From NCBI GenBank assembly GCA_051294905.1, contig CM119379.1, forward strand, positions 27,652,001 to 27,716,000: 64,000 nt of DNA, in the 5' to 3' direction. Position 1 is the first letter of the stretch; the number at the start of each line of letters is the position of its first letter. Below, one piece after another: positions 1-13,004 of this stretch. The notes beneath the pieces were generated by a model. The model ran no database searches, was not told where the DNA came from, and was given only the letters and a program-made list of their open reading frames with translations. The translations under genes were made by a program, and so were the position numbers. This DNA is from Botryllus schlosseri (lineage: Eukaryota).

Positions 1-3000
1 AGATCAGCGATAACCCGCAGCCGGCCTCTGTCTATAAATGGATCAGAGAGAACGTGAGCTCCGATCTGCATTCCGATCCGGGATTTATCCGCGTGCTCGT
101 TACTTGGTGAGTGTTTGATTCTTGTTCTTGGCTCATCTCAATGTTCTGGTGCGGTAGGCTCAAAAACGGCGAGCAACCGATGTGTCACAGGTGAATATTG
201 AGTCATAACGCCGTGATGGTACTAGCGCAGAAATCGAAACCGCTCATTTTTGATATTAGAAGATAATCTTAGTTGTCTAATTTAAAGGAAAGCCAACAGC
301 CTAATTCTAATCTAATTTCTGGTTTTCTTGACAATGCTGCAGGAGAATTGTATCGTGCGAAATGAGCCAAGTTAGACGTACAGACATTTTCCATTTTCAT
401 GCTCTTAAGAATGAAATCTGATTCGATATAGACTCGGCTTCATTCCATGTCCAAGTTTTTATGGATTTAATAGTTCAAATTCTGATCTAATTTGGATCGA
501 TTATCGGACTTCAAGTCGAATCAAGTATTTCAATTCTTGCGTCATAAGAGCAGAGGTGGTCAGTAACGGAGTACTTCTACTTTTTGAAGTACTTGAAGTA
601 GATTTTGCCTACTCACACTATTTTTTGAGTAGTTATGATTTTAGACGACTTCTACTTCTACTCGACAGTTTTCAGTTTTGTAGGCAAAAATAAGCGTAGA
701 ATACCTACTTACTTACTTCCGAACCACCACCCCTACTTTTACTCGAGTAGAAATTCAGGCGTTACTTCTACTTCTACCTGAGTAACGACGGTGACTACTT
801 TGACCACCTCTGCATAAGAGTAGGGATGATGTGTCGAGTTCGAATGTATACCTATATTGATAATAATAGGTTGGAATTCTCAGTAAGCAAAATACTTTCA
901 GCTGCCTGGATCACATCTTTGAGAAAAGCCGTTCCCACGCGGACGACACAAAGGAAATAAAGGAGAAGGAGCGTCGGCTCTTGGCTGAAATAGAGCCGCT
1001 CCTGAGAAAATTTTTGGGCGAAAGCCGCAAGCTGCAGCTCCACGCGCTCTACGCAACGCAAGTGTTTTGTTACGGCAAAGGCTTCCCGAAAGGTTTGTGA
1101 CAATGCTGTTAACCTCTAAAGCAGACTTGGACAAAGTGATCATTCTACTTGTCTTATAATGTTCGTTATAGAGTCAAATGGCGGTAATCTACTTATGATT
1201 TGATTTGTGACATGTTTGTATGTTCTCATTTTAACTCTAATCTCATTTCCGGATTTCCTGAAAATGCTATATGAGAACCGTATCGTGCGAAACAAGTCAA
1301 GCTTGCTGTACAGACAATTTCCAATCTCGTGCTTTTGAGAATAAAATCTGCTTTGATATGAAATGAACTCGGTTTTTGTTATATTTCTTACTAATTCAGA
1401 ATTCAATCTCAAACTTTTTAGGAATTCAGTAACTATGATTCTAATATGATTGAAAACAAACTAGCTACCGGTATTCTAATTGTAGTGTTATCTGTAAAAT
1501 GTTTGTAGCTAATAGGCTACTTTAATTCTAATTTTATTTGTAAAAAAACTGTAGCTATCATTGTAATTGTAGGGTGGAGCCCAATTCTCCTCAACTAAGT
1601 AATGCTCAAATGCGTATCTCCACTCAACTAAGTATCGATCGATACTCAGCATTGCGTGCGCGCCAATTCTAGCTGCTCAGTTAAGTATCGATTTCCAGAC
1701 GGCATTTCCCGAAAGTGCGTTGCCAGATATTTTTATCCTTGACCCAGACACGCGTGGAGGACGATCTTGTCATGACAACCGAGACGCTTTCCTCGTTATT
1801 TCGTCACAAAACGTGCTACGTAGACGTCAATCTCATCCAGACCCTTTCAAGATGGCCCAATAGAAATAATATCATAGTCTTTCCAAAGGCTATGATAATA
1901 CTAATCCTTGAAGATACCCAGAACATTCCTTTGCCCCACAGAAGTATATTTGCAAGATTCTACAAACCCATTTCGAAATTTATAAAGAAATTTCACAGCA
2001 TGCGACAACGTAAGTGTAGGCCTCAAAGAACAACGGAATGCATCGATATCGTGTAAATAAATTGAAAGTGGACATTTCTTCTGGGTTTCTTTCCAATTGA
2101 AGCTCCTCTATGCACGATTCACTTAGCTCCTCTATGATTAAACTTTGCCACATCCACCCTATATTTTCTCCCTGATATATTCATCATTTCTCGTTTCTAG
2201 AAGCTTTATTGCTGGCTGCTCTGTTGGCGAGAGTCTCTTCTGAATATTGGGAGGCCTGAAGGTATAGTGACCCCATCCCAACAATGATATCACCAAGAAC
2301 TCTATCAGTTCAGGTTCAAAATGCTGCATCTTTTTAATTGTGAGAGGAGCATTCGTAAAGTACCGGCAGCGTGAAATTCAATAGCTAGCGGCGGCACAAA
2401 ACTCATCGGAACTTGACGCTAGCACATTTGAGAGAATAGAAGTTACCATTCCGGTATACCGAGATGCCGTACCACAATAAGTCGAAAGGGTACAGAAGAG
2501 AATTACAAATACAATTGTAAACACAAAATCCACCCAAGTGCCACTGATTTCATTTGCTCAGCAGAAACTCGCATCATGAAATAGCGGCGATTTACCTATA
2601 CGACAATACCGGCACTCTGGTATTTTGCCGGTGTTGCTTGCAGTTGGCTGCTGCCTTGTGAAAATTGACACTCAAGTCTGGTGACGTGCTGACTTAGATT
2701 TGAGTGCCGATTCGAACGCATTTGAGTGTGAGTATACTTTTTGACGCGAGTCGAGTAACGAAATCGTTGCCGAGTAGAGAATCGCTACTCAGCAGAGAAA
2801 TTGGGCTCCACCCGTAGTGTAATTTGTAAAAGAAACTGTACGTATAATTCTAATGCTAATCTAATTTGTCAAAAAAACTGGATATCATTCTAATTCTAAT
2901 CTGATTTGGAAAAAATGAAAGGATGAGCATTTATCTCTCAGGTTTGCTTCTCCGTCTGTTCAACGGTCTTTACGAGGACGACGTGATCGACGTCGACACG

Positions 3001-3117
3001 TTCTTCGTATGGAAGGAAGACGTCGACGGCTCTTACGAAGGAAAGGGAAAAGCCCTTTTCGAGGTCAACGCCTGGTTGCGGTGGCTGCACGAAGCGGAGT
3101 CGGAAGAGGATGATTGA
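1..3117 (+). CDS. EIF4G2: Eukaryotic translation initiation factor 4 gamma 2 (DAP5/p97/NAT1), last three coding exons (W2 domain); 5' part lies outside the window
   Basis: Exons <1-106, 902-1092 and 2942-3117, GT-AG and in phase. Translation: ISDNPQPASVYKWIRENVSSDLHSDPGFIRVLVTCCLDHIFEK...KLQLHALYATQVFCYGKGFPKGLLLRLFNGLYEDDVIDVDTFFVWKEDVDGSYEGKGKALFEVNAWLRWLHEAESEEDD*. This matches the recalled DAP5 C-terminus (IYKWIKDNIS...FPKGMLLRFF...GKGKALFQVNQWLTWLETAEEE). Confidence 0.93.
551..812. mobile_element. hAT MITE (family E), intact copy
   Basis: TIR CAGAGGTGGTCA...TGACCACCTCTG with a perfect 8-bp TSD CATAAGAG (543-550 and 813-820). Older relatives at about 5140-5480, 16544-16769, 17992-18242, 34180-34390, 42500-42670, 59390-59575 and 62380-62600. 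Confidence 0.9.
1572..2813. mobile_element. PIF/Harbinger-like non-autonomous element nested in a family A MITE in the last EIF4G2 intron
   Basis: 15-bp TIR GGGTGGAGCCCAATT...AATTGGGCTCCACCC and a 3-bp duplication GTA. Removing it restores the family A sequence attgtagtgtaattt. Confidence 0.75.
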
Positions 3118-3609
3118 GATTTGTTGGCGGGTCATGAAATTTTATTTGGACTTGTTGAATGTGTATTGTTCTGTCGCAATCATGTGTGTCTCTCTCTAAA
3201 TATATGTATTGATGTTGTTGAACGGACAACCTTGTCTCTCTGCTTCGCATTTTTTTTAGTGCGGAAGGTGGAACCCTACATTTTGAGAGCTTAGTAATTT
3301 AATTTCTGGTTTCCTGATAATGTTACAGAACTATATAGTGCGAAAGGATGGTGCTTATGAGAGGAGAATCAACTCGCTTGATTTTTGTTGTGTTTCTTTC
3401 TAAATCGGAACTGGCTTCCGTGGAGTTTTAATCGCGAATATGGTAAACGATCACTAATAAAAGTTTTCACTTCCAACCTTTGAGCTAAAAACTGTTGCCT
3501 CAAAAGTGCCTAGTGACTGGAAAATGTCATCGCTTCTTATGGTGCGGTTGAAATAAGACATAATTCAGTAATAAGGTATTGTTTTATAAAAGACAATGTA
3601 GTTCTAAGG

Positions 3610-4647
3610 CAGTGGTTCTTAACCCTTTTTGCTCCAGCGCCTTCTTTCAAAAATTTCCGTGGTCTGCCGCCCCCTATTTTAACACCATTTGGTTCGAGCA
3701 CGATGTACACATCCCAAATTCGGTGTCCGGTCAATACCGAGAAGGACTATACTGAGAATGGACATTACTGAGAATGCAATATATGCAATGCAGGCATGTT
3801 ATGGATATGAACAGGTCACATGTGTGCATCACGGCGTTGCCACATTCGGTATCGATTCTCAGGTATAAATTTCTCGACAACGTCCGTTATATTAAGCTGG
3901 ATTCTTGGCATTGGCCATCCTCGGTAATAGTATGGAACCCCCGAATTCACCTCTGCGATTAGAAATACGGGGAAGTAATTGTATTAGGCTTTGTTTTATT
4001 GCTTTGTGTGAATTCTGCTCACATTGAATTTAGTACCGTCCCCAGTTATTAACTTCAACATGAATATATTCCAAACAAAGGTTACAAAGCAGCCCGTATT
4101 ATATAACGTTCATGTGAGGTTGTAGGTCGCAAAACTAAACAATATCATCCTTCGTGATACGGCAAATAAATATTCTGACAATTTAATTTTGTATAGCTCC
4201 CAAATAAAAGTATATTTTGTTAATCATTTCTCCAAACAGCTTCAAAGCATCTTTAATGTACACGGGGCTCTCACTCTAAAAAGTGGTAGGCCTACACTGT
4301 GCGCTGCAGGATACAATACCTAGTCCGATACATTTTGTTGAAAATAGCCCTAATAAACGTGACGGGACTGTTATAACGGGGAATCTTCGATCTAAAATTA
4401 TGTGCAATTCATTCAACACCAATGATAATAACACAACATACTTCAAACAGCGTCGGAATATATTTCGCGCGGAGCGACGAAAAATTCCGAAAGTTTGCAT
4501 ATTTTGTCGAATGTTAATTTGTATGTCACTACTACACCATCCATATTTCGATTTTTCTTCAGCGCCCCCCATACCTCTGAGCCCAGCGTCCCCTTCAAAA
4601 TCCAAATCGCCCCTTGGGGGCACTCGGGACAAGGTTAAGAACCACTG
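3610..4647 (-). mobile_element. Non-autonomous hAT (Buster/Charlie-type) element between the convergent EIF4G2 and CAMK4 3' ends
   Basis: TIR CAGTGGTTCTTAACC at both ends, TSD TTCTAAGG (3602-3609 and 4648-4655). The termini are the reverse complement of those of 20573-22400. Confidence 0.9.
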
Positions 4648-4928
4648 TTCTAAGGTTACATAACCTTTTAACGACTCGTAAAACGAGTCAGCGGACCCCA
4701 CATTGAAAATCCTGGATCTGGACACGCAGCTGTACACAATCAGGCAAGGGAAATATATTTTGAGACAAGCCTTTCAAAATAGGTTCTGTTCGGATTTTAG
4801 AATACAATTGGATTTAAGTAATTCATTCAATAGAACTTTGTATGTTAGGTGCATGAACATGATGCGTCGATATGCTTTGGGATATCACAATTCGCAGACA
4901 TGATTAAAATATAAAAATTCACAGTATA

Positions 4929-7900
4929 CTAATGCTCGGGACTTGAAATTGAGGGCATTTGATCGTTCTCCGCAGATTGGTCCGGGCTCTGTCCGCTGAT
5001 ACGACACGATGCGGCGACAACGTTTAAAACTTTCTGAAATTGCAAGACATAATGTATGTAAAATTTGTAAAAAACATTATTTTTACAGTTTTGTCGTGGC
5101 AACTGACAAACGGTTACAGGATTTTGAGCCATCAATTATAAATGTAGTGGTCGTCAGTAAAGAAGTATTTCTACTTATTTTAGTACAGATTCTAGGCGAA
5201 AGTACTTTTACTTTTTACACTTTGGATTTTGAGCAGTAGAAAGTCACTTTGGGGTTACAGCTATCAAAGTAACTAGCGAATACATTTTCGAAGATTAGGT
5301 GAATTTTTTGCATCTATCAGTAATTTCTGTTTAGTCGCAAAAATAGATCTTGCAATTTTGAATGTAGTAGCATAGTATGCAACCAAATCTACTTGTCAGC
5401 CCGTCCATTTTCTATATCGACCTAAACTACTTTTGACACGTCTTTGAAGTCGCTACTTTTAATTGTGATTGAGTAGAAATGTATGGGGTTAATTCAACTT
5501 CTACATGAGTAACATACATAATAATAATATTAATATTTTCTTTTTCAAATTATGCTGGTTGTTCGATAAATATGTTAGGTTGGCTAAAAACACACTGCAC
5601 ACCAAATTAGACTCAATACCAACCAGTAGAAGCGAAGCTATAAAAGTTAAGAAATTTAAAATTAAATGTAAAAAAAAAATTCTAAATTTTACTGCCAAAC
5701 CCATGAAATTGTTACGTTGTCGAAAAAACGATGCATGACGTATCTGACTCAATTCCAAGCAGTAGAAGCGAAGACATTGGAGCTCAAAAATTTACGTTTT
5801 GAAATCATAGCATTTCCGGTGGGTATAGTTGCATCACTAATAATAAACGAATTTCCCCCATTAATAGGCTACTATTTTTTTTTCAATACAAAATTTTGAA
5901 TTCCAATAACCGCACCTCTACTGGATGGAATCGAGTCAAATTTGTAATTCATCGTTTTTCTAGCCGACTTAACAATTTTATAGAATTAGCCAGTCAAATT
6001 TGATGAAAAAAGTTATTTTTGAACAACCCTAATACGCAATGCAGAAACTTTTATTGAGTTGACACCCAGATAAAGAGCGAGATACTTTGTTAAAATTTCA
6101 AGTGATTTAATTTACCTTCAGTTTTCTGCGAGCTTCATTGAAGTCCTTGAGTTTACTCATGGTGTTCTGCATGTGCACATAGTTTGCTGCTTGTCCGGAC
6201 ACCCACGGATGGGCCAGTGCTTGATGGGCGGTCAGCCGCTTGGACGGTTCCAAAACGATTAGCTTGCGAATCTGAACGGTAGGCTTCAGTAATTCCAAGC
6301 CAACGATTGTGAAATGGGGTACCGACCAAATCCTTTGCATTTTCCGAGACGGAATCCCAAGAGGGCGAATCGAACTGGTAATTGCATTTGATGATTTTTC
6401 GAAACATTTCCACGTCACCTGCTTCGTCGTAGAATGGCTCATACCCACACAACCTTGGAATAAGATGCTCAGTTGATGACAGGTTGCCGTCAGACTTATA
6501 TAACCTAGATAATTGTAGTTGTGGAATTTGACTAATTGGAGCGCGAAGTGCAGGTAATCTAATTCTAATCTAATTTGTGAAATGTTTCAATGCTCTCAAT
6601 TTAATTCTAATCGAATTTGTGCTTTTCCAGAAAATGCTACAGGAGAACTGCATCGTGTAAAATGAGCCAAGCTTACTGTACCTACAGATTTGATATGAAT
6701 TGAACTTGATTCAATTTTTGAGAATTCAGTAATTCTAGTCTAATTTGAAGAAAAAATCGATCGCTATAATTCTAATCTAAATTGGAAAACTGTGTGTCTA
6801 TCATTGTAATTCCATCTAATTAACAAAAGCTGTAAATTTTCTAGTTGTTCAACTCTGGTACAACAACCTACTGGATTTTGTGCAACTAGAACTACTCACT
6901 TTTCAAAACTCCCAGCTAGAACTATAGTGACTTTTCAAAATTGGCATTTACAATCTAACTACTCAAAAAGCCAGTAGTTATTTCACCGTCAACTAACGAG
7001 ACTGGCAGTTTCTACAAGTCAGATTGGCGGGTATTAGGAGAGAGTGCTCACAGGATATAAGTGATGATGCCGACAGCCCACATGTCGACCGGGTTGCCAT
7101 AATTCTTGCCAAGCAGGACTTCTGGCGCGACATAGCCCGGAGTGCCGCAGGTCGTTTTCAAGGCCGAGTTGTGCGGGTTGATTCGGGATAGACCAAAGTC
7201 TGCCACCTGTAGCAATCAGGATGAGAGTATGTTTATTTGTCAAACGTGTAAATCTAGGGTGGCCAACCAGTGACCCGCGAGGTAATTATCGAAAATAGTT
7301 CTATTATCGAAAAATTGATTAGCCTGGCTGAGAAATTTGGGATGTTTGATGACTGAAATATCAGTTCCCACGCATTGGCGCAACCAGGGACCAGCCACAT
7401 TTTTCACAGATGAGTTTTTGTGACATGATTGTCATGGATTGTGTTGCAAAGTAATATAAGTCTTGTTTTCACCGTTACCTATTACGACACCCTCCTATCA
7501 GACGACTAAAAAGGCTCATCAATATTCCCGCCCAATGGCTCGTAAATCTCATGTGGCCCTTTGGCCGAAAAGGTTGGCTACCTCTGCTGTAAATCAATAA
7601 CATACGTAACAAAAATGCGATTATGTGCAATGTGATATACATTATACAGGTATGCAAGGTATAGTCTGGCGGCTCTATATATGAGTCACCCAGGCGAGAA
7701 ACATGTTACTTCAAGAGTCGTTACAATCAAAACTTTGGGTGTTGCCCACCCTAGGGGTAGGGGGCCATGATCATTTTTTCAGGAAGGCATGAAAAAATTT
7801 GAAAAATAATATTTAAAATTAAATCTAGTACACAATAACTGTGTAGATCAGTTTTACAATTAAAAGGATGCTTCCTAATTTTACAAGGGTTGAAAAATAA

Positions 7901-10900
7901 TATTTAAAATTAAATCTAGTACACAATAACTGTGTAGATCAGTTTTACAATTAAAAGGATGCTTCCTAATTTTACAAGGGTTGAAAAATAATAGGGGCCT
8001 TTGAATTTTACTAGTTTTCAAAGCGGGCCACGGTGTAAAAAATGTTGGGAACCCTTCTTATAGATTAGCTAATAAATAAAAAAATGAAAGATAAGTAATT
8101 AGATTAAAAATTATCAGTAATGAAAATAAATAAAAAACATTGGGAAAACAAAAGAAAAACACTGCATCGCGGAATAATGAGTGTGGATGAAATGAGATGA
8201 AAAATGAGAGTGGGTTTATGGGTGAAAAAACTTCTTACTTTGAGCACCGCATCTTCGCTTTGGTCAGAGTACAGCAGGTTTTCTGGCTTGAGATCTCTGT
8301 GGACGATGTTGTTGTCGTGGATGTACTGCGAAAGAGAAGGTTCATTCATCAACCCCAAGAAAATCGAGTCGGGGACGGTTGGTTAAGACCGACATCTTAT
8401 TGTAATTTCGAAGAATAGAAAAGTTACCACACTTTTGGTATTTCGTCTATTGGTACTGGTAGACCTACTTGAAAATGTGACCAGAAACTGTTAAAAGAGA
8501 GAACAATTAGTTTATTATGAATGCGAAGCATTCGATATCACCAAGCAGAGTTGTAAAAAGTGGGTGTAACTAGACCTTATCTCGAAACTGAGCAGTCAAC
8601 GAGACTTAGACTCGAACGCGATTCATAACACTATGACTCGTACTTGACCCTCAGCTCGACGACTTGTACTGGGACTTGACTCGGTGGTGATTTGAAAATG
8701 ACTCGACTTGACTCGAGTCAAAACCATACAAGTGAGATTGACTTGTGACTTAGTTACAACCCTGCTCTAAACTTTTGATTAACGAACGAAATGAATAAAT
8801 ACTAGATACAAATGTAGGAACAACAAAAACAACAGTACACAGCATCATGGAAAAATTAGAAATTAAATGAATCACATAAGATCATTGCCAATACAATTTA
8901 GAGTTGGTTAGAGATAAGAGAGTCGAAACATTCAACTTTTTTGATCTTGACTACAGTGATCAGACGGTAATGTATTACATAGATTGACGCTAATAAGCGT
9001 GAGTGAACTTGGCATAAGAGTGGCGTTGCACAAACAGTGACAATCTGGAGGAAAATTAGGTTTCATGTTGGTGAGTATCTGAAGGTATGTGGAACAGATT
9101 GTCAAAATATTATAGTGTCAGTTGGTAACTATGCATAAATTTCATGACCACAAATTTGTAAACGTCTTCCACTTATAATATCCTAATGAGGAGCTTCTTG
9201 GAGGTACAGAACTTCAATACCGTATACAAATGGATAGTAGGCCTACATTGATATTGAAATAAATCCGAATATTTTCGGCTGACACTCGTCAAGTAACTAC
9301 TTGACAGTAACTAGTAGGGAATTGGAAAGAACATTGTATATCAACATTCAACATCAATATTTGGGTTTATTTCAATATGAATATATTATTCAATTGAATA
9401 TCCTAACACTTCTATTCATCCTATTACAATTTCCAAATCTAGATTTCCGACAGAGAATCCGTATGGCTCGATTTTGCAAGAATTTTTCAGCAGGTCCCCA
9501 AACCACGATCTTCCGCTAACGGGGTGTCATAAATTATTCAACGACACATAACACCAGAAATCAATTGTCGGCCTTATTACAAAATAATGCGTTTACGCGA
9601 GAAGCAGTGTTGCTACGTATTGATCTTTCAAGCAGAATCTTCAAAGAAATTTACCTTTTTCCGGCCAACGTTGTTTTATTAAAGGAAATCATTTATACAC
9701 AGAATAGCGACAATGCGCCTTTGAATTGTGACTCATGAATTATTCATGCACACGATTTCTACAGTAGGCTGCCTCTAATATGGTAAAATTAGGCAGAATT
9801 CCATAACAAGTATGGCCAATAGAGAATGACCCAACTCGGCTGGTTGCTGTCACGAGGATATCGGAGAATTCAATGCAAATTGAATTTGCAATCAATACGT
9901 TATCATAACAGAATACGACTTCCAGATGGCAACACTTTCCCAGAAAATACAATAATCACGAAAAAATCAATGTTTTCAACTCACACAGACCGCCTGCAAT
10001 ATTTGCTTGACGACGTTTGCTGCGTCACGCTCACTATAATATCCTCGTTCCACAATCCTTGAAAAAATAAAATTTCCACACTTCCATTGCTTGTCGATAA
10101 AATTTTTCGACACACCTGTCAAATAATTCTCCTCCAGTGACCAGCTCAAGGACGAGCAGAATGTGCTGGGGAGTTTCGAACACGTCTTTTAGCTTGATCT
10201 GAATTCAATTCAAACATCAGAAATGAGACCAATTTCGCAAACTTTTGCAAACTACTGGGTTTTCAAAATGCGCAACTAGAACTAGAACTACTCATTTTTT
10301 AAAACTAGAACCATCGACCTTCAAAAATCCACAACTAACTACCGGTAGATTCAATTCCGAAGCAACTCATTCATTCAATTTTATCGAAATGGGAGCAGCC
10401 TTCAACATGAGCATCAGTACAAGTTTGAAATGGGACGGGGTTTCAACCCCCTAAACCCACCCCCTAGCTATGCCGCTATTAGTAGTGAGGACTCTGATCT
10501 AGCAATGGATGCGCCTGCAAGAGCATCGCACAACAGAGCACCGGTATTACGATTTACACCAAACAACGACACATGTTCTATAGTTGTTCCACAACGATTT
10601 TTTTTAAATACGCAACTAGAACTAGAACTACTCAAAAAACCAGTAATTAGTTGACCGATTGGTAGTTTGTACAAAGGAATCTAATGATAACCAAAACTCA
10701 CAATGTTTTGATGTTTCAGTGTCAACAGAATCCCTACTTCAGACCCCACAATCTTCTTCTCAACCTGAAATTGAGAGAAAACTAGAGATATTCTTAATTA
10801 CAATATCATGATAATCGTCACATAATATTTTCATCCGATCAAGACACACACAATGTACAATGCGACGGAACTGCAAAGAGAGGCAGAATTTTACAGTTCT

Positions 10901-12423
10901 TTTTTAAACTCTTAACATTTTTTTGGGTTGTTTGAGCAGCAATCTAGTAAAAAATTACAGCAAAACAGAGACGGATACTATTAGTTGTTGAGACTGATTT
11001 TCTACTACTAAAACCATGCTCAAAAATGTTTTCAATTAAAATGATATTCCATTTTATTGCAATCGCATTGCGTTTTGAAGTGATGAAATTATTAAACTGA
11101 CGATGATGCAGTAACATGCCTCTTTGTTGCCTGTCCATTTTGTAATAACACTGTAGGTTGAGCTATGTGACTATATATATTTTGTAGGCCAAGGTGTCGA
11201 GTGTGATTGATTGAATTCACCCAATCTTTTGAGTGCATTGCAATTCTTGTGGTATCTTGAATCGATTAAAACGAGCATGTAATTATTACGATGAAACTGA
11301 AATATGAATAATTGATTGTCATCGCAAGACTAATCCAATTAGATGTTCGCATTGTGATGGTGCTACCGCCAGGCCTAAATAACACCTTGCCAATAAATTT
11401 GTCTGAAATGATTTGAGTGAGAAATATCGCCTATACACTAAGAAACAACATCGCATAGGCCTACTACCTATTAAAAATTTATTGTTTCTATAAATCTTAT
11501 ATGTGTTGGTCTGTACCGGCGTCAGTTGTTCCCACATTTCGAAATTAGTAAGACAGACACTCTGAAACAGAGTTTCCCAACCAATGAACTAATTATCTAC
11601 TATAAGTTTACTCTCAAAGGAATTTAATTGAAATTGAAGTAGCAAAAAGAGACGACAGCCCGATTGAGCTTTGAAAAGAAAGTTTGACCATGTTTTAGGC
11701 AATTACTAAGGAAAGCGTATCATAAGTTTAGTGAAATTGTCATGCCAACAAATTACAGTAGGCCAACTATCTTGTTCATTGTGTGTTTATATCAATTTAT
11801 CATTTTAACCATTGATTACTATATAAACCAGTTTTTTAAATTAAAACAACATTTCTGAATCATTTCAAAATAAGGGGCATCGATTTTTCCAAATTTGAAA
11901 AGGGTTAAAAGTAGGTTGGAACCCCTGCTCTAAAATAGGGATGAGTATTGGCCACTACAGATTGGTTTGAATAATATTCACACCTTTAAACAAGTGTCAG
12001 CTATTGACACACGGTTATTAGACTCTGAGGAATAATTTTGACAAAGCTCATGCAAATATTGTAAGATTATATGAACCAAAATTATTATTGATCGTCAAAA
12101 TACAAACTCATTCCATATTCATGAGATTTGTATTGAGACAGTTAAAAAGCACATCACTGACCATTTTTGAAATCTGTTTCAGAGCATATCCTTTCCCCGT
12201 TCCTTTCTGGTAGCATTTGAACACAACTGAAGTGGCACCCCTGCGAATCAATTACAAGTTATATTTCATTTTCAATTTTTTCAGAGTGAAATACCAACCT
12301 TCCAATCTCTTCTCCGACAGAATAGATCTCATCAAAGCCGACTTTTTCTTTGGCGCTTTGAAACCAAAGTTTTGAGTCTTGGTGTCCAGACCTCGGCTGC
12401 GGCATATTTTCCGGGCTGCTCAT
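4929..12423 (-). CDS. CAMK4: Calcium/calmodulin-dependent protein kinase IV, complete, 350 aa
   Basis: Minus-strand exons 12423-12299, 12240-12162, 10764-10702, 10198-10116, 10057-9985, 8325-8239, 7206-7052, 6453-6327, 6271-6116 and 5033-4929 sum to 1053 nt with consistent phases. Motifs: [75 protein letters not shown], and the CaM-binding FN(E)ARRKLK. All are CaMKIV-type. Confidence 0.92.
7799..7993. repeat. Perfect 91-bp tandem duplication inside a hAT-like MITE in a CAMK4 intron
   Basis: The unit ttgaaaaataatatttaaaattaaatctagtacac...ttacaaggg starts at 7799 and 7890, with a partial third copy at 7981. Confidence 0.9.
9240..9420. repeat. Interspersed repeat family F (representative copy)
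   Basis: Core tgatattgaaataaacccgaatattttcggctgacactcgtcag recurs at about 24600-24760, 28940-29050, 29280-29490, 33950-34080, 38890-39040, 40670-40800 and 41990-42110, and is split by the foldback element at about 14720-16010. Confidence 0.75.
11568..11927. mobile_element. hAT MITE in a CAMK4 intron
   Basis: Ends CAGAGTTTCCCAACC...GGTTGGAACCCCTG; TSD CTCTGAAA/CTCTAAAA (1 mismatch). Confidence 0.7.
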
Positions 12424-12527
12424 TCGATAGGGTGGAAATATTTCATTGCATGCGACATTAAAGAGATGCTGACGAAATGATCAAGAAAAAATACATAATA
12501 CAACAGAATATGTTATAGAGTTAGGTG

Positions 12528-13004
12528 CAGATTTGTACAAACTACCAGTTTAGCTAGTTGACGGTCAACTAACTACTGATTTTTCAGAGTATTTTTAGTT
12601 CTGGTTAGTTTCGGATTCAAAAAGTGAGTAGTTCTAGTTCTAATTCTAGAAGCATTTAAAAAATAATTTAGTTGCGGAACAACTATCGTTTGCATGGATC
12701 GTGACACCGGTGTTCTGTCGTGTGATGTTCTTCCAGCCATAGCTAGCTCAGATCCATCACTACTAACAGTGGCATAGCCATGGGGCTGGTTTCGCGGTTG
12801 GAACCCTTCCATTTCAAACTCGAAAGCCCAGCCTATTGAAATGCCGATTCTATCTTCGATATTTCTTAACTCATTTATTGCAATTCAGTAATCCATATCA
12901 TCAGTTAATAATTAAATTTGTTTTAGTTAGTTGCGGGTTTTTAAAGGTCGTTAGTTCTAGTTCTAGTTGCGTATTTTAAAAATCCAGTAGTTCGTACTAG
13001 TCTG
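12528..13004. mobile_element. hAT MITE family B (CTAGAA-rich subterminal repeats), representative copy upstream of CAMK4
   Basis: TIR CAGA(C/T)TTGTACAAACTAC; TSD GTTAGGTG/GTTAGTTG. Other copies at about 6850-7020, 10245-10675, 17340-17650, 18455-19170, 33345-33700, 35160-35330, 36170-36420, 40135-40285, 55349-55720, 58718-59100 and 61655-62060. Confidence 0.85.
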
